Virus record (IMG/VR): IMGVR_UViG_2740892015_000005
Span: 1 to 44,032 of that record
DNA: 44,032 nucleotides
DNA from: a virus
Taxonomy: Duplodnaviria; Heunggongvirae; Uroviricota; Caudoviricetes
Reading direction: 5' to 3' (one strand)
Part shown: positions 9,525 through 18,439 of the stretch, in pieces
Layout of the letters: every line of letters starts with the position of its first letter
Position numbering within the stretch: position 1 is the first letter of the stretch
The notes under the pieces: model-generated
The model's database searches: none
What the model saw: only the letters and a program-made list of their open reading frames with translations
What the model was told of the DNA's origin: nothing
Position numbers and translations under genes: made by a program

Positions 9525-9832
9525 GCTGCTTCTCCATAAATGTGTCTGCGTTTGAATATTGCGAAGGCATATTCAGCCTTAACTCTTTCGGTTATTGCAT
9601 CCCAGAACCATTCAGCGGCTTTTTCCTGATAGTTACAGTCATCATCTTCCAGCCAGTCGATAGCGTCCTTAGTGTGTTCATCTGGTTTATATGAGCGAAG
9701 CATTTCGCTTATTGGGTCGCAACGTTTGCAGAGGCGATCAACTTCACTGTTGATTCGTTCGTAATCTTCATCAGTAAAACTTGCGATTATTTGCGATATT
9801 TCACGCTTATCATTCAGAGTCAGAATCATCAT
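9521..9832 (-). CDS. Hypothetical phage protein (103 aa)
   Basis: ORF overlapping the recT start by 4 nt; acidic protein at the position of kil/gam-type accessory genes. Confidence 0.45.
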   Translation of the reverse strand: MMILTLNDKREISQIIASFTDEDYERINSEVDRLCKRCDPISEMLRSYKPDEHTKDAIDWLEDDDCNYQEKAAEWFWDAITERVKAEYAFAIFKRRHIYGEAA

Positions 9833-9913
9833 CTTTCTCCTGTTCTTTGTGCTGATTGAGCATTTTGTTCATCTGACGAATGAATTCTTCGTCTGACCAG
9901 TTATCTGTAAAAC

Positions 9914-10084
9914 TCATGGACGGCCTTGTTGTTTCAAAATATCCCAAAGCTTTTCGAGCAAGCTTTTCATTCTTGGTTGTTTAAAGTCTGCTCCGGTTAA
10001 AATGTTTTTTCGTGAATGCTGTACCGATAAAATCGGGTTGAAAGGGCGAACCGATGCCGCCCCTGCAATAGCGAACTGTTGCAT
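9914..10084 (-). CDS. cIII: cIII-like protease-inhibitor protein
   Basis: 56-aa product MQQFAIAGAASV...SLLEKLWDILKQQGRP resembles lambda CIII (MQYAIAGWPVAG...SLLERITRKLRDGWKRLIDILNQPGVP). GGAGCATCCT precedes the ATG. Confidence 0.5.
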   Translation of the reverse strand: MQQFAIAGAASVRPFNPILSVQHSRKNILTGADFKQPRMKSLLEKLWDILKQQGRP

Positions 10085-10149
10085 AGGATGCTCCTTCTGT
10101 TTGATTGCATAACGAAAACGCCTCGAGTGAAGCGTTATTGGTATGCATA

Positions 10150-10174
10150 TAAAAAAGCCCTCACATTGGAGGGC
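10150..10174 (-). terminator. Rho-independent terminator (minus strand)
   Basis: GCCCTC-ACATTG-GAGGGC hairpin followed by a T-run on the minus strand, between the 65-aa moron and cIII. Confidence 0.5.
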
Positions 10175-10278
10175 AAAGAAGATTTCCAATAATCAGAACA
10201 AGTCGGCTCCTGTTTAGTTACGAGCGACATTGCTCCGTGTATTCACTCGTTGGAATGAATACACAGTGCTTCTCTGTG

Positions 10279-10476
10279 CTAAATAATTAAATCATATTCT
10301 GATTTGGTTAGTTTATAAGTACCTCCTCTGGTGTAATATGCAAATCTGTCTTTGCTTCCATCAGAATTGTATACCCATCCACCAAATGGAAAGATAGTGT
10401 CTATTTCTCCAATATCTTTTTCACAACTAAATGTCTTTCCATTTTTAGTTGAATATGACTTACCAACTGTCAACAT
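10279..10476 (-). CDS. AT-rich small protein (65 aa), moron-like
   Basis: GAGG Shine-Dalgarno before the ATG; low GC; bracketed by terminator-like hairpins on both sides. Confidence 0.45.
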   Translation of the reverse strand: MLTVGKSYSTKNGKTFSCEKDIGEIDTIFPFGGWVYNSDGSKDRFAYYTRGGTYKLTKSEYDLII

Positions 10477-10497
10477 CTTCGCCTCTGCTGTTTATGC

Positions 10498-10530
10498 CAA
10501 AAATAAAGGCCACCATCAGGCAGCCTTGTT
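10498..10530 (-). terminator. Possible terminator after ral (minus strand)
   Basis: Imperfect hairpin (AGGCTGCC...GGTGGCCT with G-U pairs) followed by TTATTTTT on the minus strand. Confidence 0.35.
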
Positions 10531-10716
10531 TTTCTGTTTACCAAGTTCTCTGGCAATCATTGCCGTCGTTCGTATTGCCCATTTATCGACATATTTCCCA
10601 TCTTCCATTACAGGAAACATTTCTTCAGGCTTAACCATGCATTCCGATTGCAGCTTGCATCCATTGCATCGCTTGAATTGTCCACACCATTGATTTTTAT
10701 CAATAGTCGTAGTCAT
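10516..10716 (-). CDS. ral: Restriction-alleviation protein Ral-like
   Basis: 66-aa product MTTTIDKNQWCGQFKRCNGCKLQSECMV... matches my recollection of lambda Ral almost residue for residue. A 28-aa acidic ORF sits just upstream, as orf28 does in lambda. Confidence 0.6.
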   Translation of the reverse strand: MTTTIDKNQWCGQFKRCNGCKLQSECMVKPEEMFPVMEDGKYVDKWAIRTTAMIARELGKQKNKAA

Positions 10717-10919
10717 ACGGATAGTCCTGGTATTGTTCCATCACATCCTGCGGATGCTCTTCGAACTCTTCAAATTCTTCTTCCATATATCACCTCAAAT
10801 AAGTGGTTTGCTGCCTAATTTCATTTTCTGGCGACCAACACAAGTCACACCCATTTCACTGCGTGGCTTGCGGTAGTAAATACGGTTATTTATGTCATTA
10901 AAAACCAGCGTGAGCGTGG

Positions 10920-11186
10920 TTATTTTTTCTTTCCAAGAGATGGAAGACCTCCAGAATAATCTGGACCACTTGAACGATGCATTTGATACAATATTGCGTT
11001 TTTGTTGGCGTTTAGTGGCTTTGTTGCGAAAGAAATTTTTTCTCGTTTTACATCTCTTATCATCATCAACTCACGTTCTGATGCTTTTGGATGATAATCA
11101 TTGATATGCTTCCATGCTGCCTTGGCGCTGAATTTTCTTCCACATAAAGGGCAATAGCATTTATATGATACTTGTTTGCTAGTCAT
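10920..11186 (-). CDS. Small C2H2-like zinc-finger protein (88 aa)
   Basis: Motif CPLCGRKFSAKAAWKHINDYH (C-x2-C-x12-H-x4-H). Low-GC ORF directly downstream of N. Confidence 0.45.
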   Translation of the reverse strand: MTSKQVSYKCYCPLCGRKFSAKAAWKHINDYHPKASERELMMIRDVKREKISFATKPLNANKNAILYQMHRSSGPDYSGGLPSLGKKK

Positions 11187-11188
11187 TT

Positions 11189-11497
11189 CTATCTCGCCGT
11201 AATTGATTTCATTGACCTGTAACCAGCAGCATACAGTGCAACTTCAGGCAAACAAACGCTTCCGCCATTCGCATCTGTATTTGATTTACTGATGATGCCG
11301 AGTGATATTGCTTTTTCAGAAAGACTTAAACGCTTTCTCGGTTCTTCCTGAACAGCTTCCTCACTGTCTGTGCCGAAGATCGAATCGATGATGTTGCAGA
11401 TGGAATCACGCTCGATAGCCAGCTTTCTGCGCCGCTCATGACGGCGAGTTTTGGCATTTCCTGCAAATGTTGATTTTCCGTACACGATTACCGTCAT
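11189..11497 (-). CDS. N: Antitermination protein N (P22 gene 24 type)
   Basis: N-terminal arginine-rich motif GNAKTRRHERRRKLAIER is the P22 N boxB-binding peptide. GAGGAA Shine-Dalgarno precedes the ATG at 11497; the ORF track's longer 130-aa form is probably an over-extension. Confidence 0.8.
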   Translation of the reverse strand: MTVIVYGKSTFAGNAKTRRHERRRKLAIERDSICNIIDSIFGTDSEEAVQEEPRKRLSLSEKAISLGIISKSNTDANGGSVCLPEVALYAAGYRSMKSITAR

Positions 11498-11616
11498 GAT
11501 GTTTTCCTCATGTGAAATGGCTTTGGTGGTGATGCGCCAGGTGCTGATCTTCTGGTTGCTGTCGTTGCAGCTGCAACTCACATCACCGCCAAACCCATCT
11601 CGTTTGGTATCTGTTT

Positions 11617-11650
11617 GCGCTTTGTCAGCGCCCCATCGAAGTTAAAGAGC
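11617..11650 (-). promoter_or_regulatory. nutL (boxB hairpin plus boxA-like element)
   Basis: Minus-strand GCGCTGACAAAGCGC equals the P22 boxB-left sequence. GGCTCTTTAAC, resembling boxA CGCTCTTTA, lies just upstream in the transcript. Confidence 0.65.
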
Positions 11651-11694
11651 CTGCCAATCTGTTCCGTTTGGCTTCCAGCTTCCTGCTGATGGCT

Positions 11695-11730
11695 AAATAG
11701 TACGATGTGTACTTTATTGAGTCAATACAA
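11695..11730 (-). promoter_or_regulatory. Putative PL promoter with overlapping operator palindrome
   Basis: Minus-strand TTGACT, 17-nt spacer, TACTAT. The palindrome AGTACGATGTGTACT overlaps the -10 region. Coordinates are approximate to within a few bases. Confidence 0.4.
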
Positions 11731-11789
11731 AATGTTCTAAATGCGGTTAGTTTTTTATAACACTTTGTATTTTATTGATTTATATTTTG

Positions 11790-11818
11790 GAAAAAGAAAA
11801 CCCGACGATAAGGTCGGG
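11790..11818 (-). terminator. Terminator downstream of cI (minus strand)
   Basis: CCCGAC-CTTATCG-TCGGG hairpin followed by TTTTCTTTTT on the minus strand. Confidence 0.55.
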
Positions 11819-11850
11819 TTATTGTTGTGTGTTTTAGAGTGGTGAGGCTG

Positions 11851-12510
11851 TTAACTAAATGTCTCTTCAGGCCACTGGCTGGCGATAACTTTCCCTACTA
11901 CGGAACAGCTATCATTGCATGGGATCATTGGATATTGCGGGTTTAGTGGTTGTAGGAACACCTGACCGCTATCCCTGATCAGTTTCTTGAAGGTAAACTC
12001 GTCACCACCAAGTCTGGCTATGCAGAAATCACCTGGCTCAACAGCCTGCTCAGGGTCAACGAGAATTAACATCCCGTCAGGAAAGCTTGGCTTGGATCCT
12101 GTTGGTGCGGTCATGGAATTACCTTCAACTTCAAGCCAAAACGCACAATCACTGGCTTTTTTGGTTGTGCTGACCCATCTCTCCGCATCACCTTTGGTAA
12201 AGGTTCTAAGCTCAGGCGAGAACATCCCGGCCTGAACATGAGAAAAAACAGGGTACTCATATTGTTTTTTAACGGGGGCAGATGAGTATTCGCCAACAGG
12301 TGAAAATGTACCGTCGTGGTTGAATGAGACGTTATCAATACCAAGGTATTTAAACACCACACCAATCTCGTCAAGAGATGGATGACGAGATCCGCGCAAC
12401 CAGTGACCAATTCCACCCTGCGTCATACCAAGCTCTTCAGCTAACTTCTCTTGAGTTATGCCGAGTTCTTTCATTCTGGATCTAGCCAGTTCATACCATT
12501 TCATTTTCAT
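11851..12510 (-). CDS. cI: CI-type prophage repressor (HTH N-terminal domain plus LexA/S24-like C-terminal domain)
   Basis: The C-terminal roughly 130 aa ([39 protein letters not shown]...) is near-identical to the lambda cI C-terminal domain as I recall it. The N-terminal HTH domain is different. AAGGA Shine-Dalgarno precedes the ATG at 12510 (MKMKWYEL...). Confidence 0.9.
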   Translation of the reverse strand: MKMKWYELARSRMKELGITQEKLAEELGMTQGGIGHWLRGSRHPSLDEIGVVFKYLGIDNVSFNHDGTFSPVGEYSSAPVKKQYEYPVFSHVQAGMFSPELRTFTKGDAERWVSTTKKASDCAFWLEVEGNSMTAPTGSKPSFPDGMLILVDPEQAVEPGDFCIARLGGDEFTFKKLIRDSGQVFLQPLNPQYPMIPCNDSCSVVGKVIASQWPEETFS

Positions 12511-12567
12511 ATCCTTATTATTACGCTCTGTACTAAAACCATCCATGCACAAGATGTATTTTTTTGT

Positions 12568-12596
12568 TTGCATTCCAAAAGTACATATCGTATTAT
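12568..12596 (+). promoter_or_regulatory. Putative PR promoter / OR operator region
   Basis: TTGCAT, 17-nt spacer, TATTAT upstream of cro. AGTACATATCGTATT resembles the OL palindrome and overlaps the -10. Confidence 0.45.
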
Positions 12597-12621
12597 TGTT
12601 TCATGGTTACTATGGAGGGCA

Positions 12622-12838
12622 TATGAGCAACCTACGAAAATATCGAGAGTCACTGAATATCTCTCAAACAACACTTGCTAAGGCGGTTGGATGCACACAG
12701 GGAGCTATCGGACATTGGGAATCTGGTCGTCGCTTCCCAGACCTTAAAACATGCCGTGCTCTTGTTGCGTGCCTAAACAAGTTAGGCGCAAAAGTCAGTC
12801 TTGATGACGTGTTCCCACCGGAACACAAAGCCGCTTAA
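12622..12838 (+). CDS. cro: Cro-like HTH repressor
   Basis: 72-aa XRE-type HTH protein (LNISQTTLAKAVGCTQGAIGHWESG) transcribed divergently from cI. GGAGGG Shine-Dalgarno precedes the ATG at 12622. Confidence 0.8.
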
Positions 12839-12848
12839 TAAGCGGATC

Positions 12849-12883
12849 CGCTCTTTATCAATCTGCACCGCCGACAACGCGGT
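12849..12883 (+). promoter_or_regulatory. nutR (boxA CGCTCTTTA plus boxB hairpin)
   Basis: CGCTCTTTA at 12849..12857, followed by ACCGCCGACAACGCGGT, which matches the P22 boxB-right hairpin. Confidence 0.7.
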
Positions 12884-12947
12884 AACTAATTAATCACTCA
12901 TCGAAAGATGAGTATTAGTGATTATTTACCTATGGAAATAGTAAGAA

Positions 12948-13244
12948 ATGGAACAAACAAGTTACAGCAAACTATCACAGCGCGACGTTGATCGCGCAGA
13001 AACAGATTTACTCATCAACCTGTCAACGCTTACCCAGCGCGGTCTGGCAAAGATGATTGGCTGTCATGAATCGAAGATCAGTCGTACCGACTGGCGGTTT
13101 ATTGCTTCGGTCTTGTGTGCTTTCGGAATGGCATCAGACATCAGTCCGATTAGCAGGGCTTTTAAGTATGCGCTTGATGGACTCACCAATAAAAAACGCC
13201 CGGCGGCAACCGAGCGTTCTGATCAAATACAAATGGAATTTTAA
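12948..13244 (+). CDS. cII: CII transcriptional activator
   Basis: C-terminus LTNKKRPAATERSDQIQMEF is near-identical to the lambda CII C-terminus (ILTNKKRPAATERSEQIQMEF); central HTH region. Confidence 0.8.
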   Translation: MEQTSYSKLSQRDVDRAETDLLINLSTLTQRGLAKMIGCHESKISRTDWRFIASVLCAFGMASDISPISRAFKYALDGLTNKKRPAATERSDQIQMEF

Positions 13245-13266
13245 CAACATCCAACGAGGTAATTAT

Positions 13267-13539
13267 ATGCGAAACAAAGGCTTTAATCCACCTGATACAC
13301 ACAAAGAAGCTAAGCGTTTGCGCTTCCTTCGTTCCATTGATGAAAGAACTCAAATCTCTTTTGTGAAAGTTGCCAGAACTGAGCTTCTGAAGGCTGAGGC
13401 GAGGGCGTTGCTCCCGTCTCTACCAAAAGAGGAGGGATATACGTTCATTCCAAACGCATTTCTGGAAAAGCTTCTCAAAGAAGACATATCCGTAAGTCAG
13501 TTTAACGATGTTCTTAAGGTCTTTCGTCAAGGCAGGTAG
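13267..13539 (+). CDS. Hypothetical protein (90 aa) between cII and O
   Basis: ATG preceded by GAGG; occupies the cII-O interval, which is usually gene-free in lambda. Confidence 0.4.
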   Translation: MRNKGFNPPDTHKEAKRLRFLRSIDERTQISFVKVARTELLKAEARALLPSLPKEEGYTFIPNAFLEKLLKEDISVSQFNDVLKVFRQGR

Positions 13540-13541
13540 TT

Positions 13542-14489
13542 ATGAGCAATACAGCAAAAATCTACGATTTCAGCGCCGCACACGAGCGCAGGAGCAACAG
13601 GATGGAGAACCAGAAAACTGGTTACATTCCGTTGTACCGGAGCATTCTGAAACAGTCATGGGCGAAAGATGTTTATCTTCGCACCCTGTGGGAAAACCTT
13701 CTCCTGAATGCTGCCAGAAAGCCATACAAAGCGAATTTCAAAGGTCATGAATGGCATCTGCAACCCGGTCAACTGGTTGTGACAGCAGCTGATTTAGGTC
13801 TTCAGTTATGCGACAGGCATGGCAAGCCGGCAAGCCGTGATCAGGTTGAGCGGATGCTTCAGGTTTTTGTGAAAGAGGGGATGATCTCCATTGATGGAGA
13901 GAAGCAAAAAGGTCGTGTGATCACCATCACAAATTACCATGAATATGCTCAAAAAATGGACGATTCACCCGCACATGAAGCCGCACAAACAACCGCACAT
14001 GAAGCCGCACATGATGAAGCCAGTAATGGCGCGGCTTTCAGCGTACATGCCACACATGAAAGCGCACATGAAGCCGCACAAACAACCGCACATCATGAAC
14101 AAGAAGGTATTAACAAGAATATAAATAATACCCCCCTACCCCCCAATGGGGGAGGCGATGGGCAGGTTAAACCTGAACGTCGCAAGGCAGAACGAATCGA
14201 CTACGAATCCTTCCTGAACGCCTACAACACCGAAGTCGGTGACAGACTGCCACACGCTGTTGCGGTCAACGAGAAACGAAAACGCCGCCTGAAGAAAATC
14301 ATCCCGCAACTGAAAACGCCAAACGTTGACGGTTTCAGAGCGTATGTCAGGGCGTTTGTGCATCAGGCTAAGCCGTTTTACTTCGGAGACAACGACACGG
14401 GCTGGACGGCCGATTTTGATTACCTGCTGAGGGAAGACTCGTTAACGGGAGTTCGGGAAGGGAAGTTTGCAGACAGGGGGATTGCATGA
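13542..14489 (+). CDS. Replication initiation protein (O-like, helicase-loader-interacting type)
   Basis: N-terminus [10 protein letters not shown] resembles lambda O (MTNTAKILNF). Internal iterons lie within the gene; it is immediately upstream of, and overlapping, a DnaB-like helicase gene. Confidence 0.7.
   Translation: MSNTAKIYDFSAAHERRSNRMENQKTGYIPLYRSILKQSWAKDVYLRTLWENLLLNAARKPYKANFKGHEWHLQPGQLVVTAADLGLQLCDRHGKPASRDQVERMLQVFVKEGMISIDGEKQKGRVITITNYHEYAQKMDDSPAHEAAQTTAHEAAHDEASNGAAFSVHATHESAHEAAQTTAHHEQEGINKNINNTPLPPNGGGDGQVKPERRKAERIDYESFLNAYNTEVGDRLPHAVAVNEKRKRRLKKIIPQLKTPNVDGFRAYVRAFVHQAKPFYFGDNDTGWTADFDYLLREDSLTGVREGKFADRGIA
13960..14160. repeat. Putative replication origin: iterons, AT-rich tract and GC palindrome inside the O-like gene
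   Basis: At least five copies of about 12 bp (CGCACATGAAGC variants), then an AT-rich stretch (AAGAATATAAATAATA), then CCCCCCAATGGGGG. Confidence 0.55.
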
Positions 14490-15862
14490 GACAGGATATC
14501 GAAGCGAGCGTTATCGGTGGCCTGCTGATTGGTGGATTAACTCCAACCGCCAGCGACGTTCTGGCAACGCTGGAGCCGGAAGCGTTTTCAATTCCGCTCT
14601 ACCGGAAAGCCTTCGAGGTTATCCGCAAGCAGGCGCGAAACAGAAACCTAATCGACGCACTGATGGTTGCCGAGGCGTGCGGAGAGGAGCATTTCACGTC
14701 AATCCTGATGACCAGCAAAAACTGCCCGAGTGCCGCAAACCTGAAGGGATATGCCGGAATGGTCGCGGATAACTATCACCGCCGTCTGGTGCTGGAAATC
14801 ATGGATGAAATGCGTGAACCAATTCAGAGCGGAACCATCGACGCATCGAGTCAGGCGATGGATGAACTTGTAAAACGTCTCTCAGCCATCAGAAAGCCCC
14901 GTGACGAGGTAAAACCTGTACGGTTAGGGGAAATCATTACTGACTACACTGACACGCTTGACAGGCGTCTGAGGAACGGAGAAGAGTCAGATACCCTGAA
15001 GACCGGAATCGAAGAACTTGATGCCATCACCGGAGGGATGAACGCGGAAGACCTGGTGATTATCGCTGCTCGTCCTGGTATGGGGAAAACCGAGCTGGCG
15101 CTGAAGATTGCCGAAGGCGTTGCAAGCCGCGTTATTCCTGGTTCTGACGTCCGGCGCGGGGTATTGATTTTCTCAATGGAAATGAGCGCATTGCAGATTG
15201 CAGAGCGAAGCATTGCCAACGCCGGGAGAATGTCGGTTAGCGTGCTGCGAAATCCTGCATCGATGGATGACGAGGGCTGGGCACGTGTTGCTAACGGCAT
15301 GAGTCAGCTTGCGGATTTGGATGTATGGGTAGTCGATGCCTCGCGGTTATCGGTCGAAGAAATACGCTCAATCGCAGAACGGCACAAACAGGAAAATCCA
15401 AACCTGTCACTCATCATGGCGGATTATCTTGGCCTGATTGAGAAGCCGAAAGCAGATCGCAACGACCTCGCAATTGCTCACATCTCCGGAAGCCTTAAGG
15501 CGATGGCGAAAGACCTGAAAACGCCTGTTATCTCCCTGAGTCAGCTTTCACGCGATGTTGAGAAGCGACCAAACAAACGCCCGACAAACGCAGATTTGCG
15601 TGATTCAGGAAGCATTGAGCAGGACGCAGACTCAATCATCATGCTCTATCGGGAAGCGGTATATGACGAGAACAGTAGCGCCGCGCCATTTGCTGAAATC
15701 ATTGTGACGAAAAACCGTTTTGGCTCGCTTGGTACGGTTTACCAGCGGTTCTGTAACGGACACTTTGTTGCATGTGACCAGGATGAAGCCAGACAGATTT
15801 GCACAGCATCAAATGCACCTGCTGCGCGTGGCAGACGATATGCACAAGGGGCGGACGTATGA
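14486..15862 (+). CDS. DnaB-type replicative helicase (phage-encoded)
   Basis: Walker A GMGKT, RecA-like core and DnaB-type C-terminal motifs ([13 protein letters not shown]..., IIMLYRE). Confidence 0.9.
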   Translation: MRQDIEASVIGGLLIGGLTPTASDVLATLEPEAFSIPLYRKAFEVIRKQARNRNLIDALMVAEACGEEHFTSILMTSKNCPSAANLKGYAGMVADNYHRRLVLEIMDEMREPIQSGTIDASSQAMDELVKRLSAIRKPRDEVKPVRLGEIITDYTDTLDRRLRNGEESDTLKTGIEELDAITGGMNAEDLVIIAARPGMGKTELALKIAEGVASRVIPGSDVRRGVLIFSMEMSALQIAERSIANAGRMSVSVLRNPASMDDEGWARVANGMSQLADLDVWVVDASRLSVEEIRSIAERHKQENPNLSLIMADYLGLIEKPKADRNDLAIAHISGSLKAMAKDLKTPVISLSQLSRDVEKRPNKRPTNADLRDSGSIEQDADSIIMLYREAVYDENSSAAPFAEIIVTKNRFGSLGTVYQRFCNGHFVACDQDEARQICTASNAPAARGRRYAQGADV

Positions 15863-15940
15863 CCATCTACATCACTGAGCTAATAGCATGGTTATCGTTA
15901 CTAATGGTTCTTACTGTATATATTATTAAGTATATTCTTT

Positions 15941-16552
15941 ATGCGAATAAAAAAACTAATTGATCACGATGAGCTTCTGTCAACATTATCATATGACTCA
16001 GAAACAGGAATATTTAAATGGCTAAAAACAAATTCAGTAGTAAGAGTAAAAGGTAGTATTGCTGGAGGTGTTAGTGGTGGTTATATATGCATTAGCATAA
16101 ATAATGTTTTGTATTATGCGCATAGACTTGCTTGGTTCTATGTATACAAAAAATGGCCTCCTAAGTTTATTGATCATGTAAATGGGAACAGACTTGACAA
16201 TAGGATTTCAAATCTAAGACTGGCAACAGAAGAGCAGAATGCAAGAAACATTGTAGGGAATAGATTAAACACATCCGGTGCAATTGGAGTGTCTTGGTAT
16301 AAGCCAACTGGCAGGTGGAAGTCTTATGTTGGTTATAAAAATAAGACAATATCGTTAGGGTATTTCGATAGCAAAGAAGATGCAGCATTCATAGCAGCAC
16401 TAGCAAGAAAGAAACTATATGGAACTTATGCGAGTAAAGCACTTAATTGCGAGCATGAGCTTTTATCTCAATTTAATAATGATGAGGATAAACTTGCGGA
16501 ATATCTTAAGGAAAAATCTAAAAGGACTCGAAAGCGTGTTAAAAACAGATAA
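15941..16552 (+). CDS. HNH homing endonuclease (HNH plus AP2-like domain)
   Basis: Motifs YAHRLAW...IDHVNGNRLDNRISNLRLAT (HNH) and GVSWYKPTGRWKSYV (AP2-like). Strongly AT-rich and followed by its own terminator. Confidence 0.8.
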   Translation: MRIKKLIDHDELLSTLSYDSETGIFKWLKTNSVVRVKGSIAGGVSGGYICISINNVLYYAHRLAWFYVYKKWPPKFIDHVNGNRLDNRISNLRLATEEQNARNIVGNRLNTSGAIGVSWYKPTGRWKSYVGYKNKTISLGYFDSKEDAAFIAALARKKLYGTYASKALNCEHELLSQFNNDEDKLAEYLKEKSKRTRKRVKNR

Positions 16553-16583
16553 AGGCCTGCTGGTAATCGCAGGCCTTTTTATT
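16552..16583 (+). terminator. Rho-independent terminator
   Basis: AGGCCTGC-TGGTAATC-GCAGGCCT hairpin followed by TTTTTATTT. Confidence 0.65.
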
Positions 16584-16599
16584 TGGGGGAGAGGGAAGT

Positions 16600-16926
16600 G
16601 TGGCTGACTGGCAAATTCCAATCATCATTCTTGCCGGAGCTTCGCTGGTTGCTGGCTTTATCCTTCTGAAAAAGCATAAAGACCGTGATCAAAAAGTCGA
16701 AGTTCTCTATGGGTATCCAGCGAACAGCACAACATGGCTGACCATTTACCACTACCGAAAATCAGGCCGCTGGGTATTCGAATGGGATGATCTGTTCGCT
16801 GAAAAGCGACCAAAGTCATGGGGAGACATCAGCGAATGCGTGATGTTTGAAGAAAGAAAATCCGGCGCAACCCGAGAAGAGTTTAACGAAGCGTGGGCGC
16901 GATTAAGTGAGAGAGGGTATTTGTGA
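16600..16926 (+). CDS. Hypothetical nin-region protein with N-terminal transmembrane helix (GTG start)
   Basis: GGGGGAGAGGGAAG Shine-Dalgarno before GTG; hydrophobic N-terminus IPIIILAGASLVAGFILL. Confidence 0.45.
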   Translation: MADWQIPIIILAGASLVAGFILLKKHKDRDQKVEVLYGYPANSTTWLTIYHYRKSGRWVFEWDDLFAEKRPKSWGDISECVMFEERKSGATREEFNEAWARLSERGYL

Positions 16927-17123
16927 GCAAGTACGAAAAATTAGATCAAAACATTCTTTCAATGCTGAGTGAAAGACCAACACCTGTTTTTGATATCTGG
17001 CTTAAATGGCGGAGCAATGGAATGTATATCGAAACCATCGATCGCCGTATGCAATACCTGAGAAAGAAAGGGCTTGTTGCAAATGTGCGTGGGAAGGGTT
17101 GGGTGAAAATTAACCTGTCATAA
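16923..17123 (+). CDS. Hypothetical nin-region protein (66 aa)
   Basis: Start overlaps the preceding stop; basic small protein. Confidence 0.4.
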   Translation: MSKYEKLDQNILSMLSERPTPVFDIWLKWRSNGMYIETIDRRMQYLRKKGLVANVRGKGWVKINLS

Positions 17124-17134
17124 CGGGGATTGAT

Positions 17135-17449
17135 ATGGACGAATCAAGAAAGAAGTTTGAGGAATACGTTGCCAAAAAATTGAGATTACCATTCGAGATG
17201 ATAACCGAGGCAAGAAATGGTGATAGGTACTTCGCATTTTCAAGCATGGATATTCGTCACTCCTTAAATGAGTGGTGGGCTTTATGGCAGGCATCGCGAG
17301 CAGCTATTGAAATAACCGCGCCAAAGTTTATCGACAGCAGAGAAGCATTAGCCAAAGGGTTTACTGTTGATTATTCCAATGGCTTCGGTGATGCAATGGA
17401 TGCTTATGAGGAAAACATCCGCTCTGCTGGAGTCAAAGTGAAGGAGTAA
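17135..17449 (+). CDS. Hypothetical nin-region protein (104 aa)
   Basis: ATG preceded by GGGGA; no recognisable motifs. Confidence 0.45.
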   Translation: MDESRKKFEEYVAKKLRLPFEMITEARNGDRYFAFSSMDIRHSLNEWWALWQASRAAIEITAPKFIDSREALAKGFTVDYSNGFGDAMDAYEENIRSAGVKVKE

Positions 17450-17451
17450 CG

Positions 17452-17862
17452 ATGAAGCAAACAATCTTCCTCCGAACTAAGCAACAACAGCAAGCTGCAA
17501 TAAATGCCATCCTCGCAACACCACTCGATAAAGACAAGCCAGTCACCATCCGCATTACTGACTACAAGCGAAATCTTGACCAGAACGCAAAATTTCACGC
17601 GATGCTGGCGGATATCGCTCGTCAGGTTCAATGGTGCGATAAGTGGTTAAAACCAGAACAATGGAAGGTTTTGTTGATTAGCGGTCATGCAGTGGCAACA
17701 AAGCAGGAAGCTGATGTTTTGCCCGGGCTTGAAGGCGAATACGTCAACATTCGCGAAAGCAGCGCGCAGATGAGCGTGAAGCGTATGGCAAGTCTGATCG
17801 AGTACACAACAGCATGGGCTATTGGTCAGGGAGTCAGATTTACCGACAGGAGGTACGAATGA
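17452..17862 (+). CDS. ninB: NinB (Orf-family recombination mediator)
   Basis: Alignable by eye with lambda NinB (RSLDQNRKLWACLGDVSRQVEWHGRWL versus [27 protein letters not shown] here). Confidence 0.8.
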   Translation: MKQTIFLRTKQQQQAAINAILATPLDKDKPVTIRITDYKRNLDQNAKFHAMLADIARQVQWCDKWLKPEQWKVLLISGHAVATKQEADVLPGLEGEYVNIRESSAQMSVKRMASLIEYTTAWAIGQGVRFTDRRYE

Positions 17863-18035
17863 GACGACAGCGACGAAGTTTCACCGACATCATCTGCGAA
17901 AACTGCAAATACCTTCCAACGAAACGCACCAGAAATAAACCCAAGCCAATCCCAAAAGAATCTGACGTAAAAACTTTCAATTACACGGCTCATCTGTGGG
18001 ATATCCGGTGGCTAAGACATCGTGCGAGGAAATGA
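17859..18035 (+). CDS. ninE: NinE
   Basis: [52 protein letters not shown] matches my recollection of lambda NinE. GGAGG Shine-Dalgarno; start overlaps the ninB stop. Confidence 0.65.
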   Translation: MRRQRRSFTDIICENCKYLPTKRTRNKPKPIPKESDVKTFNYTAHLWDIRWLRHRARK

Positions 18036-18439
18036 CAATGCTTTTAATTCAACCTGGATTTGGCCTTAGCATCAAAAAAGGGCACATGTTTGGCGAGAAA
18101 GAGTCACAACGAAAAATGGTGTCTATCCGGTTGCCATTTATCAGTATTTATTGGCTAAACAGGGAGGCAACAAATTATTGGTATACATGTGCCAGAGCAG
18201 CATTTAACGACCCTGACTGGTTTGTGAAAAACCACCACGCAGTTCGTCAGGCAAAGAGAAAGGCCAATACGACATACATGAAGGCGTATCGAAAAGCATG
18301 GAAAGAACACCGCGATCGATACCAGCAAGACATGGAAAAGCTTGAATCAGAAAACATGGAATTAAGACGAAAGCTTGGTGAAGCAAAACGAGACATTGAT
18401 GCTTACAAGCGACTTTTTAATGGTGAAAGCCATGCTTAG
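18032..18439 (+). CDS. Hypothetical nin-region protein (about 135 aa) with C-terminal coiled coil
   Basis: ATGA overlap with the ninE stop; C-terminal heptad-like region ([27 protein letters not shown]). Confidence 0.4.
   Translation: MTMLLIQPGFGLSIKKGHMFGEKESQRKMVSIRLPFISIYWLNREATNYWYTCARAAFNDPDWFVKNHHAVRQAKRKANTTYMKAYRKAWKEHRDRYQQDMEKLESENMELRRKLGEAKRDIDAYKRLFNGESHA

Noticed and set aside
9833-9917. 35-aa acidic ORF between cIII and the 103-aa gene, considered as a Kil-like peptide
   Set aside because: Too short and low-complexity to support, and it overlaps the start of the 103-aa ORF.
10717-10803. 28-aa highly acidic ORF (MEEEFEEFEEHPQDV...) upstream of ral
   Set aside because: Plausibly the lambda orf28 equivalent with a GAGGTGA ribosome-binding site, but too short and unverifiable from sequence alone to list as a gene.
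10892-11104. 70-aa plus-strand ORF considered as a sieB-like gene opposite the PL operon
   Set aside because: It overlaps the better-supported minus-strand zinc-finger ORF, has no ribosome-binding site and does not resemble SieB.
12458-12838. 126-aa ORF reported for the cro frame (and the 12451..12681 ORF)
   Set aside because: The upstream extension runs through the OR/PR promoter region and into cI; the real Cro starts at the ATG at 12622, which has a Shine-Dalgarno.
13955-14100. Short direct repeats considered as a possible CRISPR array
   Set aside because: The repeats are about 12 bp, have no unique spacers of regular length between them and lie inside a replication gene; they are origin iterons.
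13939-14124. 61-aa ORF with repetitive MKPH/KQPH sequence
   Set aside because: It is an alternative-frame translation of the iteron repeats inside the O-like gene, not an independent gene.
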